Source: a virus (taxonomy: Duplodnaviria; Caudoviricetes). From it: a stretch of 53,723 nucleotides of DNA. The position numbers and the translations under genes were made by a program. How positions within the stretch are numbered: position 1 is the stretch's first letter; every line of letters starts with the position of its first letter. The notes below the pieces were generated by a model. It ran no database searches. It was not told the DNA's origin and saw nothing but the letters and a program-made list of their open reading frames with translations. The DNA lies in IMG/VR virus record IMGVR_UViG_3300000317_000004, positions 1 to 53,723 of that record, one strand, 5' to 3'. Below are positions 1 to 7,953 of this stretch, one piece after another.

Positions 1-43
1 GGGGGGGGGGGTGGAGTAATGGAATAAGTAATTTTATATTTTG
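1..43. repeat. Terminal overlap identical to 53681-53723 (circular contig)
   Basis: Exact 43-nt match G11-TGGAGTAATGGAATAAGTAATTTTATATTTTG at both ends. Confidence 0.97.
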
Positions 44-161
44 TATTACTTATTCTTTTTGAAATCAGAAAATTTCCTCGTCCAGAGATTTGGGCTTTTT
101 TAGGGGCAGTGATTTTTTCAATATCTATACCTATTTTCAAAAAAATTATGGGACATTAAAT

Positions 162-416
162 ATGATAACACTCGCGGCAATTAAAGAAAATAACATGGTT
201 TATGTTGGTAAAAAAGGACAACGCCACGATAGTGTTATTAACGATATGATAACAATTCACAAATTGCCCCCGCCCGTAACAGGTATTCAAGGATTCGTTG
301 ACGAGTCGGGAACTTTTTATAATCGTCATGACGCGGCAAAACATGCGTTTGAATGCGGACAATTGCCTAACGATGATAAATGCCCAGAAATAATTTTAAG
401 TGAAAATTTGTGGTAA
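162..416 (+). CDS. Hypothetical phage protein
   Basis: ATG at 162; motifs G..RH, QGFVD..G.F.NR..A, SENLW resemble a recurring phage hypothetical family. Confidence 0.7.
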   Translation: MITLAAIKENNMVYVGKKGQRHDSVINDMITIHKLPPPVTGIQGFVDESGTFYNRHDAAKHAFECGQLPNDDKCPEIILSENLW

Positions 417-441
417 AATTAAAAAAAAGGAGAAAAATAAT

Positions 442-1167
442 ATGAAAGCAGGTTTGTGGTTTATAGGTATTATGATAGTGATATTATGTATGCTTAGCGA
501 GTTCGACTATAATTTCAAAGTAAGAAGCCAAAATAAACGAATAAAACATTTGACTTATCTTGTTGACGAAAAGGATAAAATAATAGACGAATATCAGAAC
601 AGTTTTATTAAACAAGACACTATATTTATAGGAACCAGTAGGCCATGCGAGCGTTTGAAGGTGCCCAATGCTCACATGGGTAAGGATACGCTTAACGTAA
701 AAGCTCATGGAATAACAGAATATTCTCCGCAGGCTGTGTCTACAGTTAAATGGGACGATAAAAGAAATGCTCGTGTAAATATTTCCGATACTCCATGCAA
801 TACTTTAAAAGTTACTCATTATAAACAGGATACCCTTACGCTTAATATAAAGGGCAACGTGGGCGGAAACAATAATCCGAATGAAATACTACGGGTACGA
901 GGTGGAACATCTTTAACGCATGGTGATTCAATCCCATACGCAAAGAGTGCGCCGGAGTGGCATTCCAGCCCTCATTCTGTTGTAAATAAAAAGGTCGGAA
1001 TCTATACTACACGCCCGTTCAAAAATTACGATGTGACAATTTTTTCTTCGGATTCGGTTATATCCTTTCTTGACTCTGGAATAGTGTTAAGAAACAATCG
1101 AACAATCCGTTCACATTACGACTCAGCAGGAAATCTTATATTCTATTTTTATCATAGTAATCAGTGA
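442..1167 (+). CDS. Membrane-anchored protein with degenerate tail-fibre-type VGIGTxxP repeats
   Basis: AAGGAG RBS; N-terminal TM segment, coiled coil; FIGTSRP..RLKV, NVGGNNNP..ILRVRG, KVGIYTTRP. Confidence 0.65.
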   Translation: MKAGLWFIGIMIVILCMLSEFDYNFKVRSQNKRIKHLTYLVDEKDKIIDEYQNSFIKQDTIFIGTSRPCERLKVPNAHMGKDTLNVKAHGITEYSPQAVSTVKWDDKRNARVNISDTPCNTLKVTHYKQDTLTLNIKGNVGGNNNPNEILRVRGGTSLTHGDSIPYAKSAPEWHSSPHSVVNKKVGIYTTRPFKNYDVTIFSSDSVISFLDSGIVLRNNRTIRSHYDSAGNLIFYFYHSNQ

Positions 1168-1247
1168 TAAATATGATTAAAAAATTGTTTTCTTTTTATA
1201 TCTATATCCGGATAATAATCAATTATTTTATTGCAGAGAAGATACCG

Positions 1248-1641
1248 TTGTAGTCAATTTCTGGTTGCGGAAACCATCATTAAATAGGCGGCACAAATGC
1301 AAAAGTTACCCGATAAAGTTCTTGCTCTTATTCATACGAGGCTTCAATACAGGCCAAGCGATTATGACTCAAATTTTAATTTTGTGCATCAGGAAGATGT
1401 TTTTGTAATCGCTGACTTAGCTTATTCTGTTGGCAAAGAAGAATGTGCCGCAAAGACTTTGGAAGCGCAACCAGAAACAGCGGGGCATACTCTGGAGGGC
1501 GTAGCACCTACAACAACGCAAGGAAATGAAATAGTACGCGGGTGCGACACGTGCGGTGGGTGTCCAAAAAATGATCGGCTTTGTGTTTATCCAAAGTTCC
1601 AGTGTTGGACTCCGCGCCCTACTTCACCCGTTGCGTAAACG
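1248..1641 (+). mobile_element. Integron-like gene cassette 8
   Basis: Starts G|TTGTAG (1247), complementary inverse core CTACAAC (1508), ends at G|TTGTAC (1641). Confidence 0.8.
1297..1638 (+). CDS. Cassette 8 hypothetical protein; Cys-rich tail encoded by the attC-like hairpin
   Basis: ORF runs through the hairpin; CDTCGGC...C...C lies in the loop. Confidence 0.7.
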   Translation: MQKLPDKVLALIHTRLQYRPSDYDSNFNFVHQEDVFVIADLAYSVGKEECAAKTLEAQPETAGHTLEGVAPTTTQGNEIVRGCDTCGGCPKNDRLCVYPKFQCWTPRPTSPVA

Positions 1642-1647
1642 TTGTAC
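1508..1647 (+). repeat. attC-like site 8
   Basis: CTACAAC-A-ACGCAAGG..TGAAATA..CGCGG ... CCGCG..TACTTCA.CC-CG-TTGCGT-AAAC-GTTGTAC. Confidence 0.82.
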
Positions 1648-1883
1648 AAAATTTTTTGAACCTTGGAGGTTATATGGCGCGGAAATTAAAACTGAGTGAG
1701 GCAATAGCAACGCTGCATGTAAATCACGAATTTTGGGTTGATAAAAGACGGTGTGATGCGTGGGGAGTAATCCGCGCCTACATTAAGGAAGTTCAAAAAA
1801 CTTCGCGCAACAGCGCTATGCTAAAATGCCCGCATTGTGAAAATGATATTCGTATCAAGGTCACTTCAGCATAGCGCGAACCG
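1642..1883 (+). mobile_element. Integron-like gene cassette 9 (last of array)
   Basis: 5' GTTGTACAAAATTTTTTGAAC pairs with 3' GTTCAAAAAACTTCGCGCAAC; ends at G|TTACAT. Confidence 0.82.
1674..1874 (+). CDS. Cassette 9 hypothetical protein with CPHC tail
   Basis: GGAGG RBS before ATG 1674; stop inside right arm of hairpin. Confidence 0.75.
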   Translation: MARKLKLSEAIATLHVNHEFWVDKRRCDAWGVIRAYIKEVQKTSRNSAMLKCPHCENDIRIKVTSA

Positions 1884-1889
1884 TTACAT
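1805..1889 (+). repeat. attC-like site 9
   Basis: GCGCAAC-A-GCGCTATGCT-AAAA-TG ... CA-CTTC-AGCATAGCGC-GAACC-GTTACAT. Confidence 0.85.
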
Positions 1890-1909
1890 TTAACAAATAG
1901 GAGGTTAGT

Positions 1910-2290
1910 ATGGTCAATTCATTAATTAATTTTGCAGTGAAAACGATTGCGTCGATTTTTCACGTGCATATAGACACGGCTAAAACAAAAACTGCGGGAG
2001 CAGGCCTTACCAGTATAGCCACTGGAATAGGATTGATAGGAGATTTGCTTCAGAAGGCCGATGCTAATGTCATGGACTATGTACCAGGGCTGGGTTTTGT
2101 CCTTGCCGGAATAGGTACTATCTTTGCACGCGATGCGCTTAAAAAACTTGGAGACAAACTTGACGGGCAGACCGCTCTGAAAACAAAAGTGACGCAAGCA
2201 AGTCCGGTTCTTTCGGCGGCTACGGAAGCGCTAAAGAACGTTCCGGTTACGGATAGTACTCAGGAAATTAAGATAAACGAAGGAGATTAA
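1910..2290 (+). CDS. Putative holin-like membrane protein
   Basis: AGGAGG RBS; two hydrophobic helices followed by IFARDA. Confidence 0.5.
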   Translation: MVNSLINFAVKTIASIFHVHIDTAKTKTAGAGLTSIATGIGLIGDLLQKADANVMDYVPGLGFVLAGIGTIFARDALKKLGDKLDGQTALKTKVTQASPVLSAATEALKNVPVTDSTQEIKINEGD

Positions 2291-2295
2291 AACAA

Positions 2296-2490
2296 ATGGA
2301 TAGAAAAACAGTTTTGTTAAACGCCTGTAAAAACATGCTTATTAAATGCCGAGATTCTACTATATCTCCAATGGAAACAACAGTTTTTTATGACAATGCT
2401 GATTGTGATGGACATTGTTTACTTGATGACATTGAAACAGAATTAACAGACGTTCCGGTTTTGGATACACAGGAAATTAAAGTAAACTGA
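2296..2490 (+). CDS. Hypothetical protein
   Basis: AAGGAG RBS; V.YD.ADCDG.CL..DI motif. Confidence 0.7.
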   Translation: MDRKTVLLNACKNMLIKCRDSTISPMETTVFYDNADCDGHCLLDDIETELTDVPVLDTQEIKVN

Positions 2491-2505
2491 TTTCAGGAGG
2501 GTTTT

Positions 2506-2841
2506 ATGTCTGGTTTTAAACAATCAATTTCTTTGTTGCAAAAGCAAATTAGAGCATTGCAGCAACAAGTCAATGATTCTACAGGGTTAATTACTCAGTA
2601 TTCTAAAGAACAGGCAACCGGAGAAATTCTTTCACACGAAATAGCAATTAATGCCCTTGAATGGTATTCGTTGAATATTAATCGTACATTTCAAGAAATT
2701 CGTTCTATTGATAAGAAAGATCAGAAAGATGACGAACAAGAAGTTTGCCCTGTTTGCAGTAATAGTCGCAAGGTGTGGTCAATGCCTGATGGCATATATG
2801 TAGAGTGCGATGTGTGTAGAAAGCGTAACATTAGCAGATAG
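2506..2841 (+). CDS. Hypothetical protein with C-terminal CxxC-CxxC zinc ribbon
   Basis: AGGAGG RBS; CPVC...CDVC. Confidence 0.75.
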   Translation: MSGFKQSISLLQKQIRALQQQVNDSTGLITQYSKEQATGEILSHEIAINALEWYSLNINRTFQEIRSIDKKDQKDDEQEVCPVCSNSRKVWSMPDGIYVECDVCRKRNISR

Positions 2842-2902
2842 TAAATAAAAATTTGATATTCTTTGTGGTAGATAATCATTAACACTTTTCAAGGAGGTTT
2901 AC

Positions 2903-3550
2903 ATGTCGATTTTTTCGTGTCTCAAAAGTACAGATTTTAGCATCAAAGAAGGATTCCTTTTCAAAAACCCGTTCGGAATAGGATTTTTATTACTCGTGAT
3001 ATTTGTGGCGGCGCTTATTTTCGCAGGTCTTGCAACTGCGGAAACAAAAACAGAGTTTAACAGTTCATACACGTTTCATAAAGCACAAGGAAAAACTTTT
3101 CTCATTCAGTCAAAAAAACTTTCTGCAATACATGGAGACACGGCCACAGCAACAACCGATACGATTGAATACTATACATTCAGAACCACTATTCAAACTC
3201 CGGGATTTCAATTGACGAAATCCACTGAACCCGGTAAATATGTTGATTTTAACCCTTATGTCGGTATGGGATTTGGATTTGCATATACAAGACTAAAGCC
3301 AACCGGAACCGACACGAGTGAATATGCACGATGGGCTGTTCAAATTGGAGCTTTAATTACAGAATATTCGGATAGCTCAAAAAGCAAGAAACTGAATATA
3401 TGGCCAGATGTTGGTTTTTTGTTTTTGAACAACATTGTAGGGGTTCAGTTTGCATGGAACTGCGGAAACGCGCCTGGTTATGATTTTTGGGATATACATA
3501 GAGGCCTAATAGGTCTAACTGCAAACTACCAAATAACATTATCAAAATAG
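2903..3550 (+). CDS. Exported protein, possible outer-membrane beta-barrel
   Basis: Hydrophobic signal/TM segment, then amphipathic beta-strands (GMGFGFAY, VGVQFAWN, IGLTANYQI). Confidence 0.55.
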   Translation: MSIFSCLKSTDFSIKEGFLFKNPFGIGFLLLVIFVAALIFAGLATAETKTEFNSSYTFHKAQGKTFLIQSKKLSAIHGDTATATTDTIEYYTFRTTIQTPGFQLTKSTEPGKYVDFNPYVGMGFGFAYTRLKPTGTDTSEYARWAVQIGALITEYSDSSKSKKLNIWPDVGFLFLNNIVGVQFAWNCGNAPGYDFWDIHRGLIGLTANYQITLSK

Positions 3551-3611
3551 CCAGAATGCCCGTCATGCCTCTTAATAATGCACAAATCGACGGGCTATTT
3601 TTAAGGAATTT

Positions 3612-3800
3612 ATGGAAGTAAAAATGGGAGAATATCAAGCGCAAAATGGCCTGGAAATTACGTGTCATAAATGCAATACTGTTTACAATACAAAAGATGG
3701 AAATTGCCCGACATGTGAACCAAACTTTCGTGATAAAAAAATTTATGAAGGATGTTTAAAAAAAGTATTTAAGTTGGATAAGGCTTTGTACGACAAGTAA
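3612..3800 (+). CDS. Small zinc-ribbon protein
   Basis: CHKC...CPTC. Confidence 0.6.
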   Translation: MEVKMGEYQAQNGLEITCHKCNTVYNTKDGNCPTCEPNFRDKKIYEGCLKKVFKLDKALYDK

Positions 3801-3903
3801 AAAAAATGAAACTCCCCACAGTAAAAATATCCTTGCCCTTGGAGATTTATAAGAACTCTAAGGGCAAGTTCCGTTTGCGGATTAAACTACCGTGGAGTAA
3901 AAA

Positions 3904-4203
3904 ATGAAATCAATAAAATGGCTGCTTGTACTGTTCATCACAGTGTCGAGTTCGTTTTCAGAAGACTCGTTGCCCTCAATAAGCAATTTACAACTTGCAT
4001 ATTGTTCACAATGGGAAGAACAATGTACTCCGGATATAATTTACGAAGACAAAGTAAATTGTACACAACATTGCGTACAGTATGTGAATGAACCTTCTAC
4101 ATCAGTAGAAAGCCAACCATTCAGGCCAGTTAATTGGAGAGGAACCATAGTTGGATTGATTATAGTTGGATTAGTCGTATATTGGTGCAGCACTTTCAGG
4201 TAA
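3904..4203 (+). CDS. Signal-peptide protein with C-terminal TM helix
   Basis: MKSIKWLLVLFITVSSSFS; GTIVGLIIVGLVVYW. Confidence 0.7.
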   Translation: MKSIKWLLVLFITVSSSFSEDSLPSISNLQLAYCSQWEEQCTPDIIYEDKVNCTQHCVQYVNEPSTSVESQPFRPVNWRGTIVGLIIVGLVVYWCSTFR

Positions 4204-4212
4204 GAAATAACA

Positions 4213-4233
4213 AAGGCCGGCTTCCCGGCCCTT
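4213..4233. terminator. Hairpin terminator between convergent arms
   Basis: GGCCGG-CTTC-CCGGCC stem-loop between convergent stop codons. Confidence 0.7.
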
Positions 4234-4245
4234 AGTGAGTGCTAC

Positions 4246-4311
4246 TTACTTCTTGACCACTGGCTTCTTTACTGCCGCTTTTTTTGCGGCCTTAACGGCT
4301 TTCTTTGCCAT
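4246..4311 (-). CDS. 21-aa Lys/Ala-rich histone-H1-like micropeptide MAKKAVKAAKKAAVKKPVVKK
   Basis: Strong GAAAGGAGA RBS upstream; ends just before the terminator; below ORF-track size cutoff. Confidence 0.75.
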   Translation of the reverse strand: MAKKAVKAAKKAAVKKPVVKK

Positions 4312-4451
4312 AATATCATTCTCCTTTCTATCTGTGTCCTCCATATTTTGAGCGATAAATCGTAAAAAAATTACGGTTTTTTCCCTGCTCATATACTATT
4401 CAACATTTATCTGGCCATTTTCAGCAACTTTAATTTTTACTATATATGATT

Positions 4452-4667
4452 TCATTTTTGTACGTCCTCTTTTTCAGTTTTTATTGGTTGACATTGTCCG
4501 CCACTTGGACAAAACTCCCGGCATGAGAACCGGAATTTATGCGGCCTGGAATGCGGACAGCCTCCCAGATCCTGCTCAAATTTTTCTTCGCACGTATCCG
4601 CCTTGGTGCAAATACACACGGCGGAACCTTTCTTCTGATATTCGTTTTTGGGAATGTTTGCCTTCAT
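4452..4667 (-). CDS. Cys/His-rich hypothetical protein
   Basis: Likely start MKANIPK just after upstream stop; C.C....C...CPH..PH...C...C....C. Confidence 0.6.
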   Translation of the reverse strand: MKANIPKNEYQKKGSAVCICTKADTCEEKFEQDLGGCPHSRPHKFRFSCREFCPSGGQCQPIKTEKEDVQK

Positions 4668-4671
4668 ATAT

Positions 4672-4890
4672 TTATGCGACAAGCTCTGTTTTAAACGCGC
4701 GCCTGAACCGCTTTTGCAATGCAACAAGGCGTTTGCCAGTGCAATGATATTGTAATCGTAATGCTTTTTTAGCCCTTCTCTGTGGATTTTTAAATATTCC
4801 ATCCCAACGAAAAACGTTCTTTATCGCATTACCATTTTTGTCTAACGCTAACAATTTTTGTTTACGTCTGCGTTCTGCTCTTGTGTTCAT
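4672..4890 (-). CDS. Hypothetical protein
   Basis: MNTRAERRR start; packed in operon. Confidence 0.65.
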   Translation of the reverse strand: MNTRAERRRKQKLLALDKNGNAIKNVFRWDGIFKNPQRRAKKALRLQYHCTGKRLVALQKRFRRAFKTELVA

Positions 4891-5087
4891 TTTTCAAAAA
4901 TTCTCCTTCCGCGTTCAAATTCAATAGCCCTTAATATACACTTTCTAAAGCTATTTATTTCGTCGGTAAGTTGTTTATATCTCAGTATCAAAAGTTGTTC
5001 CGATTGTATTTGATTTGTAAACTCAAGTGCATACTTTGCAATCTGCCCGGCCCTTAAAGCCATTTCAATTTTTAAACTATCTTCCAT
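4887..5087 (-). CDS. Hypothetical protein
   Basis: RBS and ATGA overlap. Confidence 0.65.
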   Translation of the reverse strand: MEDSLKIEMALRAGQIAKYALEFTNQIQSEQLLILRYKQLTDEINSFRKCILRAIEFERGRRIFEK

Positions 5088-5104
5088 TTTTATAAATTAC
5101 CTTT

Positions 5105-5296
5105 CTATTTGTGGGTTAAATCGAACATGGCAATTTTATCTTTTAGCGCTTCAATTCTTTTTGTCAGGTCAATGAGTCTACTAAGCAATTGCAGCGCGTT
5201 TAAACCGAGGCTTTCGACGTCCTTAGCCTTGATATCATGATTAATGCCGCTTGCTATTTCCTCGACTTCCGATTGCGTCAGTATGTCTTCAGTCAT
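5105..5296 (-). CDS. Hypothetical protein
   Basis: GAGG RBS; operon position. Confidence 0.65.
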   Translation of the reverse strand: MTEDILTQSEVEEIASGINHDIKAKDVESLGLNALQLLSRLIDLTKRIEALKDKIAMFDLTHK

Positions 5297-5454
5297 GTTG
5301 TTTTATCCTCTCTGTTTTCTTCTAAGACGCATTCTTGGCATTTGTCACCAAGAAGATGTGTCGCAAATTTTACAATTCTTTCTCGCGACCATTCAGTTAA
5401 AATAAGATTTCTTATTATTGCTTCATCTACATCGAGTTGGACTTCGTCTTTCAT

Positions 5455-5646
5455 TCAGTCCTCCTCTTCCTCAAAATTGTTCTCATTTTCTATAAACCGT
5501 TTGCCATTTTTAAGCATGAATTTTATGTCTTTCCCGCTTAAATCGCAAGCGGTATTACAGCATTGTCCAAAAGTAGCCAGCCCGTTGTTCGACAGAAACT
5601 GGCCTCCGTACATGTAGAGCTGGTGATTACAGCAAGGGCAGTTCAT
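5455..5646 (-). CDS. Small zinc-finger protein
   Basis: CPCC...CCNTAC. Confidence 0.6.
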   Translation of the reverse strand: MNCPCCNHQLYMYGGQFLSNNGLATFGQCCNTACDLSGKDIKFMLKNGKRFIENENNFEEEED

Positions 5647-5648
5647 GG

Positions 5649-5867
5649 TTATTTCCCCATTTTTGTCAGCGTGTAAATGAAATAAAACCGCTTTGAATTT
5701 TTTATATATTGCTTCACACGCTTGAACTTCCAGCCGTCGACCTCAAGGGCTTTTATTGTTCGGTGAATATGTGTGTCTAACAATCTCATACAAGCCGAAT
5801 TGTGAGTGATAGATTTACAACCAGTTAACCAAAAAAACTGTTTAAGTAGGTTTTCATGCGTCAACAT
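5649..5867 (-). CDS. Putative winged-HTH protein
   Basis: IT...A......I..L...GW.F...Y.L pattern of small phage HTH proteins. Confidence 0.45.
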   Translation of the reverse strand: MLTHENLLKQFFWLTGCKSITHNSACMRLLDTHIHRTIKALEVDGWKFKRVKQYIKNSKRFYFIYTLTKMGK

Positions 5868-6118
5868 AAAAATATAGCCCCCTGCTTTTGGCCGTTTAAC
5901 ACTCGATAGAATATTCTGTACTTTTTATCGGAATTGCACGGGAGCTTGTTTTGATGAACAAGTTCATTTTCTAACCATGCTCCATTGGTTCTTACGCCAT
6001 ATTTATTTTTGCCGCAATCGTTGCGGATGTATAACCATACCGTTATTCTCCGGCTATCATCTTTTGGGGGAAGTTCTTCCGGGTTCACTGTTGATTTTGT
6101 TGTAGCTTTTGTTGTCAT
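5861..6118 (-). CDS. Hypothetical protein
   Basis: AAGGA RBS; operon position. Confidence 0.6.
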   Translation of the reverse strand: MTTKATTKSTVNPEELPPKDDSRRITVWLYIRNDCGKNKYGVRTNGAWLENELVHQNKLPCNSDKKYRIFYRVLNGQKQGAIFLC

Positions 6119-6132
6119 GATTTTCCTTTTTG

Positions 6133-6375
6133 TTAATTTTCTATCATAACTGAGGCTCGATATTTATCTGTAAATTTAAATCCTAATTTGTCGCTTACGC
6201 CGCCATGCCGCATTATTGTCCCGTTGGTATTAATTGTCAACAATATCCCTTGATCTAATTCCATTCCGTTGGCATTTACACAGCAAAGAGCAACGCTGCC
6301 AGAATCCCTTTTAATAAGCCTTAGATTTATAACTGGAGTCTCAATTTTTTCATCATAAACATTAAGATTTAACAT
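6133..6375 (-). CDS. Hypothetical protein
   Basis: AAGGAG RBS. Confidence 0.7.
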   Translation of the reverse strand: MLNLNVYDEKIETPVINLRLIKRDSGSVALCCVNANGMELDQGILLTINTNGTIMRHGGVSDKLGFKFTDKYRASVMIEN

Positions 6376-6389
6376 TTTCTTTCTCCTTT

Positions 6390-6710
6390 TTAATTGTTAA
6401 AAACTGTTCTTATCTGTACAAAATATTTGGCATCAATTGTTCCCTTGCATACCGGATACCGCAATACGCGCCATTCCAGCTCAATTGCCGCATTGTATTT
6501 TTCCATGTCATCGGTATATCCGGTTCCGCGCGTATGTCTGCCTTGTACCCATACAGCGCCCTCCAGTTCAACCGCAAGCAACTTGTCCGGCCATGCAAAG
6601 TCAAAGCGCCATTTACGAGTAGGATAGAATTTAAATTCCCTTTTTGGTACAGGCAAACCATAGGCCTGCCAAAGATAATCAGGGACTTTTGTGGCTTTGT
6701 TATTTCTCAT
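6390..6710 (-). CDS. PD-(D/E)XK-type phage endonuclease
   Basis: EFKF...RKWRFDFAWP..LLAVELEG...GRHTRG.GY..DMEKYN.A...W.VLR. Confidence 0.85.
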   Translation of the reverse strand: MRNNKATKVPDYLWQAYGLPVPKREFKFYPTRKWRFDFAWPDKLLAVELEGAVWVQGRHTRGTGYTDDMEKYNAAIELEWRVLRYPVCKGTIDAKYFVQIRTVFNN

Positions 6711-6921
6711 TTTTTATTTCCATCTGATACTGTTTGTATTTACATATATCAGTCTTATCTGAACATCTTTTAGCATCGTTAGAGTGCCTGTATATACATA
6801 TAGCCTCTGGGCATGTGCAAACAGCCTGTTTTATAGAAAATGAATTATTAAACGTTTTAGGAGATACCCATACTTCATTGTCCGGAACAAGACTGTTTGC
6901 AGTTAAAAATTTTTTATTCAT
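6700..6921 (-). CDS. Hypothetical Cys-containing protein
   Basis: Overlapping start/stop with neighbours. Confidence 0.6.
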   Translation of the reverse strand: MNKKFLTANSLVPDNEVWVSPKTFNNSFSIKQAVCTCPEAICIYRHSNDAKRCSDKTDICKYKQYQMEIKNEK

Positions 6922-7193
6922 TTCCTTGCCTTGCTGTTTTCAATCGCAATGGCATCTTCGCATTTTTTTATTAACAATAAAGATTTTTCTAATTCTTTAG
7001 TACGAACAGAAACGCTGATTGTATATGTCTTGTGTAAATGAAGCCAAGCTTCGATTTCCGTATCATAATAACTACGATAATCAGAAACTTTAGAATTACG
7101 ACGTCCGTTAATCCATACATAAGAATCGGTTTTTTTCTCGCATTCAACCTCAACAACTTCTGCATCAAATCTATCTGCACAAAAAATTTTCAT
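6918..7193 (-). CDS. Hypothetical protein
   Basis: V.CEK.T..YVWINGRR..K......YYDT..EA pattern. Confidence 0.7.
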   Translation of the reverse strand: MKIFCADRFDAEVVEVECEKKTDSYVWINGRRNSKVSDYRSYYDTEIEAWLHLHKTYTISVSVRTKELEKSLLLIKKCEDAIAIENSKARK

Positions 7194-7207
7194 TTATTTT
7201 ATTTCCT

Positions 7208-7531
7208 TTACTTAATAAGAACACTAATACCTTCAAAACATTTCAGGCTCGGCTTGTTTCCGCAAAACGTTCTTTCAACGCAATAGTCGCAGGTTTTATT
7301 TGAATGAATTTCGGTTTGCTTGTCTTCGTTTTTAATCAGCTCTGGGACAATTTCTGTTGCGCAAACAGATGCTAAACAATGGTCATTTTCTTCTTTCAGT
7401 GCACGAGTTACTGAAATACCAACAGCGTCATTAGTGCTTTTGCAATCATTTACTATTGCCAATCGGGCATGTATTGCGTCGTTTTTTTTCATTACCAACG
7501 ATACTGCTACTATCATTTTATTCCTCCTCAT
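7208..7531 (-). CDS. Hypothetical protein
   Basis: Operon position; GAGGAGG RBS favours MIVAV start. Confidence 0.6.
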   Translation of the reverse strand: MRRNKMIVAVSLVMKKNDAIHARLAIVNDCKSTNDAVGISVTRALKEENDHCLASVCATEIVPELIKNEDKQTEIHSNKTCDYCVERTFCGNKPSLKCFEGISVLIK

Positions 7532-7532
7532 T

Positions 7533-7715
7533 CTATTCGTCTACATACTCGACGTAGGCGTCTGCGTGAAGTTGTTCGTTAAGGCCTGTTAATTCTCTCG
7601 GAACGGCCACGCTTTTCATTGCATCCTCAATCATACTCAGCCCTGCCGCCATGACCGTTATCAGCCCTATTTCAGCCTTGGATTGTATTGTAAGTTCGTC
7701 AAGTATATTATCCAT
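7533..7715 (-). CDS. Hypothetical protein
   Basis: TAATG coupling. Confidence 0.6.
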   Translation of the reverse strand: MDNILDELTIQSKAEIGLITVMAAGLSMIEDAMKSVAVPRELTGLNEQLHADAYVEYVDE

Positions 7716-7924
7716 TAGACTTCCTTTCTTTCTTTCGCTTGCAACCAGTCAATAAAATCTCCCATTGCTACATAAGAATTAAATGAACCGTTATTTTGAT
7801 CCATATACAGCGTGGCAAATAAAATTGCCGAACCTATCGTGGTTTTTTTTACGCACTCTGGGCAGAGTACGGCCTGTTTTTCTGTTGTCTGTCCGCAACA
7901 ATCGCATTTGTATACAAATGGCAT
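7715..7924 (-). CDS. Small zinc-finger protein
   Basis: CDCCG...LCPEC; AAGGAG RBS. Confidence 0.65.
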   Translation of the reverse strand: MPFVYKCDCCGQTTEKQAVLCPECVKKTTIGSAILFATLYMDQNNGSFNSYVAMGDFIDWLQAKERKEV

Positions 7925-7953
7925 TAGAATTTCTCCTTCTTAAAACTGGCCGG

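Noticed and set aside
1-43. Biological direct terminal repeat
   Set aside because: A 43-nt overlap starting in a homopolymer and cutting an ORF is typical of assembler circularisation.
60-62. TGA reassignment (alternative genetic code)
   Set aside because: Long conserved genes are intact under code 11 and many genes use ATGA stop/start overlaps.
1883-2290. A tenth cassette starting at GTTACAT
   Set aside because: I found no complementary ATGTAAC end repeat or hairpin downstream; treated as the array boundary.
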